From positions 15,540 to 79,539 of the forward strand of contig URCD01000001.1 in assembly GCA_900546215.1 (NCBI GenBank): 64,000 nt of DNA. Reading direction: 5' to 3'. The notes beneath the pieces are model-generated. The model was given only the letters and a program-made list of their open reading frames with translations, searched no databases and had not been told where the DNA came from. This stretch comes from an uncultured Eubacteriales bacterium (GTDB lineage: Bacteria > Bacillota > Clostridia > Lachnospirales > Anaerotignaceae). This document shows positions 28,247 through 36,955 of the stretch, piece by piece (position 1 is the stretch's first letter; the number at the start of each line of letters is the position of its first letter). The position numbers and the translations under genes were made by a program.

Positions 28247-28669
28247 TTATTCTGCTGTCTGAAGATTGTAAAGCATTTCCATCAGCAGACCGGCATTTTT
28301 ACTGCCAAGCATCTCGGTTATTTTATCCTGTACAGACTGCCATATTGGAATGGTTCTTTTTAGAAGATAACGTCCCTCACTGGTAACTGTAAGCTGGTTG
28401 TTGCGCTCTCCTTCTTCTGATATGTCCTGAATATATCCCATAGCTATTATGGACTTCAGGTTTCTAACAAGAGTGCTTCTTTCTAAGCCGATATGGTCGG
28501 CCAACTCAGTTGTTGTCGCCATACCGAGTTTATTAAGATTTATTATAATTGAGAACTGGTTGAGGGATATGCCTTCGTTTTTAAGGGCCTCGTCATACAG
28601 CTCGGTTACGGCTGACGCCGCACGGCGAAGCATTATACAGTAGCATATACTGTTTACGGGTTTTTTCAT
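28247..28669 (-). CDS. MarR-family transcriptional regulator
   Basis: Winged-HTH 'LNQFSIIINLNKLGMATTTELADHIGLERSTLVRNL'. Start 28669 (RBS agaggtga) is preferred over the GTG-extended ORF. Confidence 0.75.
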   Translation of the reverse strand: MKKPVNSICYCIMLRRAASAVTELYDEALKNEGISLNQFSIIINLNKLGMATTTELADHIGLERSTLVRNLKSIIAMGYIQDISEEGERNNQLTVTSEGRYLLKRTIPIWQSVQDKITEMLGSKNAGLLMEMLYNLQTAE

Positions 28670-28680
28670 AATATCACCTC

Positions 28681-28694
28681 TGTGTATATACACA
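28681..28694. promoter_or_regulatory. Perfect 14-bp palindrome TGTGTATATACACA upstream of marR (candidate operator)
   Basis: Seen directly. It lies 12 nt upstream of the chosen marR start, on the minus strand. Confidence 0.4.
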
Positions 28695-28715
28695 AAATAT
28701 CACATAATCTAAAAC

Positions 28716-28756
28716 ATGTCAAGGCGTTTAAAAAAGGTATGGCATTTATTTAATGC
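28716..28756 (-). terminator. Terminator for the SDR gene (minus strand)
   Basis: aaggtatggcatt-tattt-aatgccatacctt, with an A-run on its plus-strand left side. Confidence 0.6.
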
Positions 28757-28867
28757 CATACCTTAAATATCGTCAAGCTTATATTTATCAGCCAACGGTT
28801 TTGCAGAAATACTTCCGGCATATTAACACACAAAATTATTTAATCAGTAATAACCAAGCAATACCGT

Positions 28868-29647
28868 TTAAATGCTGGTATAGCCGCCGTCTATATATAT
28901 TATCTGTCCCGTTGTATAGTTTGAAGCCTCCGACGCAAAATAAACAACCATTCCCGCAAGGTCGCAATCAGCGTTGCCGAAACGTTTAACAGGAATATGC
29001 CTGAACATTTCTTCTCTTGTTGCAGGATCCTCGAAAAGTACCTTTGTCATAGCTGTTTCAAAGAAGCCGGGCGCCACTGCGTTTACAGTAATTCCATACT
29101 GTGCCCATTCAACGGCAAGGGCCTTTGTCATCTGCATTACTGCTCCCTTAGCTGCAACATAGGAAACTATATTGGGACGTGCCACAACACGGGCATTAAT
29201 GGACGAAATATTAATAATTTTTCCTTTTATTCCTTTTTCAATCATGTGCTTTCCTACAGCCTGACATGCAAGGAATACGCCTTTAAGCTGTACATCCTGC
29301 ACCTTGTCCCAATCCTCTACTGTATATTCTATAGCGGGCTTTCTTATATTTACGCCTGCGCTGTTTACGAGGATATCAATATGTCCAAGTTTATCAATAA
29401 CCTTTTCTACAAGAGCGTCAACGCCGTCCTTTGTTGAGATGTCAGCTGATATTCCATAGCACTGTCCGCCGGTTTTTTCAGTGATACCGTTTGCCGCCTT
29501 GTCACAGTCAGCCTGATTACGGCTGGATACTACTGCTGCTGCGCCTGCTTCAACAAGCCCCTTGGCGATACCCTCTCCAAGCCCCTTGCTTCCTCCGATT
29601 ACAAGCGCTACCTTACCTTTAAGTGAAAACATGTCCATAACACTCAT
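28868..29647 (-). CDS. SDR-family NAD(P)-dependent oxidoreductase (gluconate-5-dehydrogenase-like)
   Basis: 'VALVIGGSKGLG' Rossmann motif, an 'NSAG' motif and a catalytic YxxxK ('YVAAKGAV'). Confidence 0.8.
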   Translation of the reverse strand: MSVMDMFSLKGKVALVIGGSKGLGEGIAKGLVEAGAAAVVSSRNQADCDKAANGITEKTGGQCYGISADISTKDGVDALVEKVIDKLGHIDILVNSAGVNIRKPAIEYTVEDWDKVQDVQLKGVFLACQAVGKHMIEKGIKGKIINISSINARVVARPNIVSYVAAKGAVMQMTKALAVEWAQYGITVNAVAPGFFETAMTKVLFEDPATREEMFRHIPVKRFGNADCDLAGMVVYFASEASNYTTGQIIYIDGGYTSI

Positions 29648-29769
29648 GATATAATCCTCCTTAATTTCGCTTATTGTTGAAATTTCCCTATTAATTATAA
29701 CACATAGGCATATTGGTGTACATAATTAATTAATAACATAATTATATATAAGCAATTTTTGTGCCAAAT

Positions 29770-29810
29770 ATAAAACAGCCTAAATCCCATACTAGGGATT
29801 TAGGCATGTC
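29770..29810 (-). terminator. Terminator for the sigma/anti-sigma operon (minus strand)
   Basis: gcctaaatccc-atacta-gggatttaggc, with an A-run on the plus-strand left. Confidence 0.6.
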
Positions 29811-29867
29811 TTTGTTTCAAGACTAATTTTGTTGTTAAAACAAAACTGATGTTTTGATTTCACTACT

Positions 29868-31259
29868 TTAATCTAATGTAAATACATATTCGTCCGACAA
29901 TATATAATGTGGAGAGGAAAGTGTGACGCTTCTATAGTCATTTAAATTAATTCTGTCATTTCCAAACGCCGCTTTCCACTGGCCGTTTTCATTTTCGGTC
30001 CAGCTGGCTGTTCCGCCGATATTTTTGCCGTTTATGATTCTAAATCCAATTTCAGATAAATGTATATTGTCCTGCTTGTCAGTAGCAGTAAATTCGATGC
30101 CAATGCTTTCATCCCACTTTTCTGAACCTACTGTCATGTTAGTTATATTCAGGTCTGCATACTTTAAGCTGACTTTTTTAGGAAAATCAATTGTCCCGTC
30201 CTTTTTAACCTTAAAGTTCAAAACTATATCCTCATTATCAAGAACCTCAACAACCGGAACATGAAGCTCTGCCGCGGTTTTTTCTTCATCGGTAAATCCG
30301 TATGAACCAAGGTCGAAATAGAATTCCGTTCCGTCGCCTCCGTTGTAGCCGGCTGGTATTTCCTGTCCGCCGATAACGAGGTACGGCAGTATATCATCGC
30401 CATTTTCCTTTGCGGCGTACTGAATATATCCATATACCTGGGCAAATTCACTGTAGTTGAGAGAATACATCTTTATATAAAGGGTATCATCGTCCCATCT
30501 GGGAACCACTGTCAGCGAAATATTATTTCTCATGGCTGTTGGGCCTATTTGATCAATACTGTCATAGAATTCTATAGGCTTGAGCTTGACGTCAAAGGAA
30601 AGGTCTCCTATTGTAAGGTTTATTGGAAGGTTCACTCCGTATTCCTCTATGGTTTCAATCAAATCTGTTACTCTTACCGTGTTTGTCATCTCCGTCCGGC
30701 TGCCGCCGCCGTAATAATCAGGTGACTCACAGGCTTTACCGGCTACTATGACATCCGGAACAATATTAAAGGACGGGCCAAATGGGCTTCCATTATCTGA
30801 AACTTTTATAAAAGATGATACACCGTTGTCGTCCAGCAATTTTTGAAGGTCATCGGCAGTTGCGTTGTATTTTATATCATCTTCTTTAATGAAATCCAGA
30901 GTTATTTTATATACTATATCCACATTAAAGTCAGATACATAGGCGTTTTCCAATGTGACTGTAACCTTTCCGTCCGTCTGGGTAACGGGGTCGCCGTCCA
31001 TGGAATAAAGTATCCCTGAGGGAGCCCTTGTGGTGTCATTCTGTTCACTTATTGACATACCGGGAATAAATGAAAAGATTTTCTTTATAGCCGCCTGTGC
31101 CGAAGGGGAGTAGCTGACCGCGGTAACTGCTACGGCAAATGCCGCGGCCGCAACTGCCCACCTTCTCCACATAACAGGCTTTTTAGCGGGCTCGTCAGCC
31201 TCTTCAATATAATTTGGGTCTATATTACCAAGTTCCTTATATAAATCTTCTTTTTTCAT
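29868..31259 (-). CDS. Single-pass membrane protein downstream of a sigma factor (DUF4179-like anti-sigma factor with a large extracellular domain)
   Basis: 463 aa. Short cytoplasmic N-terminus, a TM 'WAVAAAAFAVAVTAV', and a long extracytoplasmic domain. ATGA overlap with the sigma-gene stop. Confidence 0.55.
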   Translation of the reverse strand: MKKEDLYKELGNIDPNYIEEADEPAKKPVMWRRWAVAAAAFAVAVTAVSYSPSAQAAIKKIFSFIPGMSISEQNDTTRAPSGILYSMDGDPVTQTDGKVTVTLENAYVSDFNVDIVYKITLDFIKEDDIKYNATADDLQKLLDDNGVSSFIKVSDNGSPFGPSFNIVPDVIVAGKACESPDYYGGGSRTEMTNTVRVTDLIETIEEYGVNLPINLTIGDLSFDVKLKPIEFYDSIDQIGPTAMRNNISLTVVPRWDDDTLYIKMYSLNYSEFAQVYGYIQYAAKENGDDILPYLVIGGQEIPAGYNGGDGTEFYFDLGSYGFTDEEKTAAELHVPVVEVLDNEDIVLNFKVKKDGTIDFPKKVSLKYADLNITNMTVGSEKWDESIGIEFTATDKQDNIHLSEIGFRIINGKNIGGTASWTENENGQWKAAFGNDRINLNDYRSVTLSSPHYILSDEYVFTLD

Positions 31260-31810
31260 ATCTCAATTCCCTCCTTTTCCAAGTATTCTCTTAAGGCAGT
31301 CCTTGTTCTGAAAAGGGATGACTTCACTTTGCCCTGACTTATACCGTATCTTTTTGCAATATCGGATATGGAATCAGAGTGCCAGTATCGCCTGACAAAG
31401 TAAATTCTCGCGTCCTTTTTAATGCCTGACAGAAATAAATTTATGGCTCGGGAAATCTCGCCTTTTTCATAATCTTGCTGCGCTGTCTGGGACGGTATCA
31501 TTTCCTCAACCTCCGAAAGCAGCATATCAAACTGGGAATTTCTTTTTTGGGCCCTGTAATATTCATAGCGGTTTAAAGCAGTTCTTCTGGCAAGCATACC
31601 GAGGTATGTTTTAAGAGGATTTGGCTCTGCGGGAGGTATGGTATTCCATGCCTTTAGATAGGTGTCATTTACCGCTTCCTCACTGTCCTGCCTGTTCTGT
31701 AGTATGTTCATTGATATTTTCCTGCAGTAGGATCCGTATTTGACATTGGTTTCTTCAATGGCGTTTTCCATGCGTCCGATATATAAATCAATTATTTGTT
31801 TGTCGGTCAT
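31256..31810 (-). CDS. Sigma-70 family RNA polymerase sigma factor (ECF-like)
   Basis: Region 2 'EAVNDTYLKAWN' and a region 4 HTH 'ISDIAKRYGISQGKVKSSLFRTR'. Start 31810 is preferred (GAAAGGA with 9-nt spacer). Confidence 0.7.
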   Translation of the reverse strand: MTDKQIIDLYIGRMENAIEETNVKYGSYCRKISMNILQNRQDSEEAVNDTYLKAWNTIPPAEPNPLKTYLGMLARRTALNRYEYYRAQKRNSQFDMLLSEVEEMIPSQTAQQDYEKGEISRAINLFLSGIKKDARIYFVRRYWHSDSISDIAKRYGISQGKVKSSLFRTRTALREYLEKEGIEI

Positions 31811-31893
31811 TATTGTCATTCCTTTCTAAGGGCCCTTCACTAATAAATACAGGAAATGCCGGCGGAGGTTTCATTTATATACTAATTATATCG

Positions 31894-31925
31894 AAAAAAT
31901 TCCGCGGATTATCCGCGGAATATAT
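31894..31925 (-). terminator. Perfect palindrome aattccgcggat/atccgcggaatt: terminator of the ModE-like gene or a protein-binding site
   Basis: 11-bp arms with a 1-nt centre, and an A-run on the plus-strand left side. Confidence 0.4.
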
Positions 31926-31983
31926 AAAGCTGATTAAAGAATTTATCCTTTGACTTCAGGAAATCCTCAGCAAGAAGGTTGCT

Positions 31984-32355
31984 TTATAGTTCATTACCCA
32001 ATTCAGATATGGGATAAAATGAAAATATATCTTTAATAATACGGTCAGAAGCATCCTCAATTTCAGCGCAGTACTGCCTGTAGGCGGCCATCATTTTTTT
32101 AGCCTCATCGGTTACTTTAGCGCCGCCTCCGCTTTTTCCGCCGGTTGTGGAGCATAAAAGCTTAAACCCTAAATTTTTTTCGCATTCCTTAACAATTTTC
32201 CATGCCTTAGAATAGGCCATGTCCATACTGATAGCGGCTCTGCGGAGCGAGCCATATTCCTCTATCTGCTCCAAAAGGAGGCATATTCCCGGACCGAAGC
32301 ACTTGTCCTCGGTATACAGATGTATTCTAATCTTAGCCTTAAGTTCCTTTTCCAT
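31984..32355 (-). CDS. ModE-N-terminal-like winged-HTH regulator (LysR-type HTH / molybdate-responsive regulator family)
   Basis: 123 aa. 'GSLRRAAISMDMAYSKAWKIV' matches the ModE/LysR HTH. Divergent from yqeC. Confidence 0.55.
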   Translation of the reverse strand: MEKELKAKIRIHLYTEDKCFGPGICLLLEQIEEYGSLRRAAISMDMAYSKAWKIVKECEKNLGFKLLCSTTGGKSGGGAKVTDEAKKMMAAYRQYCAEIEDASDRIIKDIFSFYPISELGNEL

Positions 32356-32413
32356 TGTAAACCCTCCAAAAAAGTGTTATCCTTAGAATAATATAACGGT
32401 GAGGTGTAGGCGT

Positions 32414-33085
32414 ATGCTTTCAGAAATTTTAAATATTAAACCCGGGCTTACCTCAATTATAGGAAGCGGCGGTAAAACAACGCTTATGTACAGTCTTGCC
32501 AAAGAACTGTCAGCGTCAAAAAAGGTCGTTATCTGCACCTTTACAAAAATTTATAAGCCTGAACATATTATAACACTTACAGACCCATCAGAGGAAGATA
32601 TAAAAAATGCACTTTTGGCCAATAACTGTATATGTGTCGGAAAGTTATCCACAGAAGAAAAATTAACAATGCCGGATATTCCTGTGGAAATTTTGCTGAA
32701 ATACGCGGATTATGTAATTTCAGAGGCAGACGGGGCAAAGGGGCTGCCTTTAAAAGCCCATAGGCATTATGAGCCGGTTATCCACAGAAAACCTGTGAAT
32801 ACAATTCAAGTTCTGGGGATAAGTGGCATAAATAAAAAAATTAAGGATGTCTGCCATAGGCCTGAAACATATGCGGAAATAGCCGGAGCGTCAATAAACG
32901 ATAAAGTAACGCCTGAAATGGCCGCCCGTGTGGTCAAAAGGGAAGGTCTATGCGACACGCTTATAATAAACCAGGTGGAAAATGACGATAATATGAAGGA
33001 CGCGGAAAAAATTGCCGCTTATTTGGACATACCGGTTTTTGCCGGAGAAATAAGGAAAGGGGATTTGATATGCTTGCGATTATAA
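32414..33085 (+). CDS. yqeC: Selenium-dependent molybdenum hydroxylase accessory protein YqeC (P-loop protein)
   Basis: About 224 aa. N-terminal P-loop 'IGSGGKTTLMY'. Positioned next to yqeB and selD. ATG 32414 (RBS ggtgaggtg) is preferred over the GTG-extended ORF. Confidence 0.65.
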   Translation: MLSEILNIKPGLTSIIGSGGKTTLMYSLAKELSASKKVVICTFTKIYKPEHIITLTDPSEEDIKNALLANNCICVGKLSTEEKLTMPDIPVEILLKYADYVISEADGAKGLPLKAHRHYEPVIHRKPVNTIQVLGISGINKKIKDVCHRPETYAEIAGASINDKVTPEMAARVVKREGLCDTLIINQVENDDNMKDAEKIAAYLDIPVFAGEIRKGDLICLRL

Positions 33086-33855
33086 AAGGGGCTGGAGACA
33101 TCGCTTCAGGAATAGCACTCAGGCTCAGGCACGCTAAATTTGATGTTGTTATGACAGACTTGAAAAAGCCTACGGCAATCAGACGTACCGTCTGTTTTTC
33201 TCAGGCAATAGTAAACGGAGAAACGGCTGTGGAGGATGTTAAAGCCGAAAAAGCCGATAATACGGACGATATACAGGATATTATAAACAGGGGAAACATT
33301 GCGGTTATAGCCGATGCAGAGGGAGAGTGTATAAAAAAGCTTAAACCCTATTTTCTGATAGACGCTGTATTGGCAAAGAAAAACTTAGGAACGTCAATTG
33401 AGGACGCTCCGGTCGTTATAGGCGTGGGCCCAGGCTTTACCGCCGGTATTGACTGCGATGCTGTTATTGAAACCCAAAGGGGACACTATCTTGGCAGGGT
33501 TATATTAAAGGGAAGTGCTGCTGAGAATACGGGGGTTCCCGGAAATATAGGAGGATATACCACCGAAAGAATAATTAGGGCGGCAAAAGACGGTATTTTT
33601 TCACCCGTCTGCGCCATAGGCGATATTGTGGAGGCCGGTCAGACTGTGGCATATGTTGATGATGAGCCTGTTAAGAGCCAAATCGGCGGAGTGCTCAGAG
33701 GTATTCTGCCTAAGGGAACTCCTGTATTTAAAGGAATGAAAAGCGGCGACGTTGACCCGAGATGTAAAATTGAACACTGCTGGTGCGTATCAGACAAGGC
33801 ATTAGCTGTCGGCGGCGGGGTACTTGAGGCAATGCTTGCGCTGAAGGAGGATTGA
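33070..33855 (+). CDS. yqeB: Selenium-dependent molybdenum hydroxylase system protein YqeB (EF2563 family)
   Basis: 261 aa. 'IIKGAGDIASGIA' N-terminus is typical of the YqeB family. Overlaps the yqeC 3' end by 16 nt and the selD start. Confidence 0.65.
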   Translation: MLAIIKGAGDIASGIALRLRHAKFDVVMTDLKKPTAIRRTVCFSQAIVNGETAVEDVKAEKADNTDDIQDIINRGNIAVIADAEGECIKKLKPYFLIDAVLAKKNLGTSIEDAPVVIGVGPGFTAGIDCDAVIETQRGHYLGRVILKGSAAENTGVPGNIGGYTTERIIRAAKDGIFSPVCAIGDIVEAGQTVAYVDDEPVKSQIGGVLRGILPKGTPVFKGMKSGDVDPRCKIEHCWCVSDKALAVGGGVLEAMLALKED

Positions 33856-33857
33856 AA

Positions 33858-34892
33858 ATGGATGATATAAGGCTTACAAAGCTGGCTGACTGTGCTGGCT
33901 GCGGTGCAAAGGTAGGCGCCGGCGTGCTTGCAAAGCTTCTTGAGGATATAGAGGTGCTTGATGACCCAAACCTGCTGGTTGGATTTGATAAAAGCGACGA
34001 TGCATCAGTATATAAAATAAATAATGAGCAGGCCATTGTCCAGACTGTGGATTTCTTTCCTCCCATATGCGATGACCCATATATATTTGGACAGATTGCG
34101 GCTGCAAATGCCATGTCTGATATATACGCAATGGGCGGACAGCCTAAGCTTGCACTGAATATAATGGCTGTTCCAACGTCTATGAACAAGGAGCATGTCC
34201 ATGCAATCCTAAAGGGCGGATATGAGAAGGTTTACGAGGCCGGGGCGCTGATAACGGGAGGACATTCTATTTATGACAAGGAACCAAAATATGGTCTTTC
34301 AGTGACTGGCTTTGTACATCCGGATAAAATAATTACAAACAGCGGAGCAAGGGAAGGCGATGTGCTTATACTTACAAAGCCAATAGGAATCGGAATTATT
34401 ACAACAGCCGCTAAGGCTGACATGGTATCTGAGGAAGGCCTGCAATTTGTGTATTGCCTTATGTCAACGCTTAATAAGTCGGCGAGGGACATAATGGTCA
34501 AGTACAACGTGCATGCATGTACAGATGTGACAGGCTTCGGACTCATGGGGCATCTTTTGGAAATGGCGCAGGGTTCAGATAAAGCCGCTGTTGTTGATAC
34601 AGAAAATATAGATTATATAAATGAGGCAAAGTTTTTAGCACAAAGTGGTATACTGCCGGAGGGACTTTACCGAAACAGGAGCTACGCGGAAGGATTTGTT
34701 GAACCTGGAAATATAAAGCTTTCAGTGCAGGACATGCTGTTTGATCCCCAGACCTCAGGAGGACTGCTTATCGCGGTTTCTCCAGAGGATGCGGATATGC
34801 TGTTCAATGAGCTGAAGGGAAGGGTGCCAAGCGCCCAAAGGATAGGACATATAGAAAATTATAAGGGCGGAGCTAGGATTATTTTGAGATAA
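33858..34892 (+). CDS. selD: Selenide, water dikinase (selenophosphate synthetase), Cys-type
   Basis: 'DCAGCGAKVGAG' corresponds to the SelD GCGCK active-site loop, with Cys (not TGA) at the catalytic position. AIR-synthase-like fold motifs are present. RBS gaaggagg 7 nt upstream. Confidence 0.8.
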   Translation: MDDIRLTKLADCAGCGAKVGAGVLAKLLEDIEVLDDPNLLVGFDKSDDASVYKINNEQAIVQTVDFFPPICDDPYIFGQIAAANAMSDIYAMGGQPKLALNIMAVPTSMNKEHVHAILKGGYEKVYEAGALITGGHSIYDKEPKYGLSVTGFVHPDKIITNSGAREGDVLILTKPIGIGIITTAAKADMVSEEGLQFVYCLMSTLNKSARDIMVKYNVHACTDVTGFGLMGHLLEMAQGSDKAAVVDTENIDYINEAKFLAQSGILPEGLYRNRSYAEGFVEPGNIKLSVQDMLFDPQTSGGLLIAVSPEDADMLFNELKGRVPSAQRIGHIENYKGGARIILR

Positions 34893-34952
34893 CTCTATTG
34901 TGTACAAACCTGTTTTGACGTATAATAAAGCGTTAAAGGGGGTTGAAAATGA

Positions 34953-35669
34953 GTGAAGGAATATAAATTTGCAGTTAAAAAGGTTCTGCCTGTGCTGTTT
35001 TCATATATATTTATCGGAATCGCAAGCGGGCTTTTGCTTAGGGATGCGGGATACTCATTCATTTGGGCGCTCCTTTCAGGAATGTTTGTATACGCCGGCT
35101 CCATGCAGATAGTTATGGTACCTCTTCTTGCAGCCAAAACCCCGATATGGCTTTTGGCTGTGATGACGCTGTTCATAAACGCACGGCATATTTTTTACGG
35201 AATTGGCTTTATAGATGAGTTTAAGGAAATAAAGAAGCGTTGTTTTTGGAAATATCCTTATATGATATTAACTGTAACGGATGAAACCTACTCAATACTT
35301 TGCTCACTTGACTGCCCAAAGGAATATGACAGGCTTAATGTGGAATTTTACATACTTTGCACAACGCATATTTTATGGATAGTAAGCTGTACGCTTGGCT
35401 CCATTATTGGAAACGTAATACCGTTTGACACGACTGGCATAGATTTTTCGGCTACCGCATTTTTTATATGTATTGTAGTGGACCAATGGAAGCAGTTTAA
35501 ATCCCATATCCCTGCTGTGACAGGGGCTGTAAGCGCCGCTGTATTCTATTTTATTTTAGGAGCTGAGAGCTTTCTTCTTCCTGCGCTTTCCATAAGCGCA
35601 CTTGTCCTTGTTTTAATGAAGGACAGGGTCAGAGTGAAAATGATGAGGGGAGAGGTTGCAAATGAATGA
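34953..35669 (+). CDS. azlC: AzlC-family branched-chain amino acid exporter subunit
   Basis: 238 aa, multi-TM, with an AzlC N-terminal pattern. GTG start. Confidence 0.65.
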   Translation: MKEYKFAVKKVLPVLFSYIFIGIASGLLLRDAGYSFIWALLSGMFVYAGSMQIVMVPLLAAKTPIWLLAVMTLFINARHIFYGIGFIDEFKEIKKRCFWKYPYMILTVTDETYSILCSLDCPKEYDRLNVEFYILCTTHILWIVSCTLGSIIGNVIPFDTTGIDFSATAFFICIVVDQWKQFKSHIPAVTGAVSAAVFYFILGAESFLLPALSISALVLVLMKDRVRVKMMRGEVANE

Positions 35670-35997
35670 CGCTGTATTCACGGCTTTATCTATAGCAGTA
35701 ATAGCTTTAACGACATGGCTGTGCCGTGCATTTCCTTTTATATTATTTTCGGGGAAACGTAATATACCGGAAACAATTTCCTACTTAGGAGGAGTGCTTC
35801 CGGCGGCTATTATGATAATTCTGGTAATATATTGTCTCAGAAATGTGGATCTTATAAATTATCCGCACGGGCTTGCGGAAATTGTTTCTATAGCCGTTAT
35901 TGTTTTTCTCCAATGGAAGAAGGGCAATACAATTCTTACCATAGTTGTGGGCACTGTTTTATATATGACTTTAATACGAACTGTATTTCCGATATAA
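35656..35997 (+). CDS. azlD: AzlD-family branched-chain amino acid exporter small subunit
   Basis: 113 aa hydrophobic protein overlapping the azlC end. Confidence 0.65.
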   Translation: MQMNDAVFTALSIAVIALTTWLCRAFPFILFSGKRNIPETISYLGGVLPAAIMIILVIYCLRNVDLINYPHGLAEIVSIAVIVFLQWKKGNTILTIVVGTVLYMTLIRTVFPI

Positions 35998-36031
35998 AAT
36001 GGCCGAAGCATAAGCTTCGGCCATTTTTTTA
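35996..36031. terminator. Bidirectional terminator (azlD / dehydrogenase convergent)
   Basis: aaatggccgaagc-ataa-gcttcggccattt followed by ttttttt. Confidence 0.7.
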
Positions 36032-36940
36032 GATTTCCAGCTTGCCAATGGTAACGGCTAGCTTCTCAGCTATAGTATCAAGCCTTGATTTTTGCTCGCC
36101 TATAAGCTGCGGCATTTCATAGCTTTTTATTCCATTGCATCCAACTGCCACAGGTACTCCGAAAGATACGCCGCTGTAGCCGTATTCTCCCTCAAGCACT
36201 GAGGAGCATTCAAGAACCTTGCCTGAGTCGGTCGCAACTGCCTCAATAAGCTCCTCAATGTTTATTGACGATGCCCAGCCTGATGTTCTTCCGCAGTCAA
36301 GGGCAGAAAACTGGACAAAAAAATTCGACGTAATGCTTTCAATTTCCTCTATCTGCTGGTCAGACAGGTTAAGAGGTTTTTTGCCGCATGTCATTTTATC
36401 ATAGAGATTTATCTGCCCATTGCCGTGCTCGCCTATACAGAAGCCGTCAAGCTCCTTGAAATCCCGTCCGGTAACCTTAGAGGCGGCCCACTTAAGGCGG
36501 TAGGTATCATTTCCGTTGAAACCTAAGATTTTTTTCCTGTCCCAGCCTAAAATTTTATATATTACATAATTAAAAATGTCGACAGGATTTGTAGCATTAA
36601 TGATTACGGCTTCTGAGCAATTGGCCTTTATCTGCTCGCAGATGGGCTTAACTATTTTCATATTATCACGGAGATATTCCATTCTGTCCTCAACCCTGCG
36701 TTCAGGAATGCTGGCGGTTATAAGAATTATGCCGCAGTCCGCCAAATCGCTGTAGCTTCCAAAGGAAATTTTTGTTTTAGAGGCGCTGTATACGGCCTGT
36801 CCCATATCCATTACGTGGTTTTTAACCAAATTTTCCTTTATATCCACCAGCTTTATTTCTTCCAGATAACCCTTCATCCCCGCGAGAAAAGCTGAAGTCG
36901 AGCCTAACAGCCCCGCACCTCCAATTACACCAAGTTTCAT
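36029..36940 (-). CDS. Lactate/malate dehydrogenase family NAD-dependent 2-hydroxyacid dehydrogenase
   Basis: 'MKLGVIGGAGLLGSTSAFLAGM' Rossmann motif, 'ITASIPERR' and a 'GEHGN' substrate/catalytic loop. Confidence 0.7.
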   Translation of the reverse strand: MKLGVIGGAGLLGSTSAFLAGMKGYLEEIKLVDIKENLVKNHVMDMGQAVYSASKTKISFGSYSDLADCGIILITASIPERRVEDRMEYLRDNMKIVKPICEQIKANCSEAVIINATNPVDIFNYVIYKILGWDRKKILGFNGNDTYRLKWAASKVTGRDFKELDGFCIGEHGNGQINLYDKMTCGKKPLNLSDQQIEEIESITSNFFVQFSALDCGRTSGWASSINIEELIEAVATDSGKVLECSSVLEGEYGYSGVSFGVPVAVGCNGIKSYEMPQLIGEQKSRLDTIAEKLAVTIGKLEI

Positions 36941-36955
36941 AGCTAAAACCTCCTT

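Noticed and set aside
33858-34892. Selenocysteine (TGA-recoded) selD, or other in-frame TGA selenoprotein genes
   Set aside because: selD is an uninterrupted ORF with Cys at the catalytic loop position. No gene in the window requires read-through of an in-frame TGA to reach normal family length.
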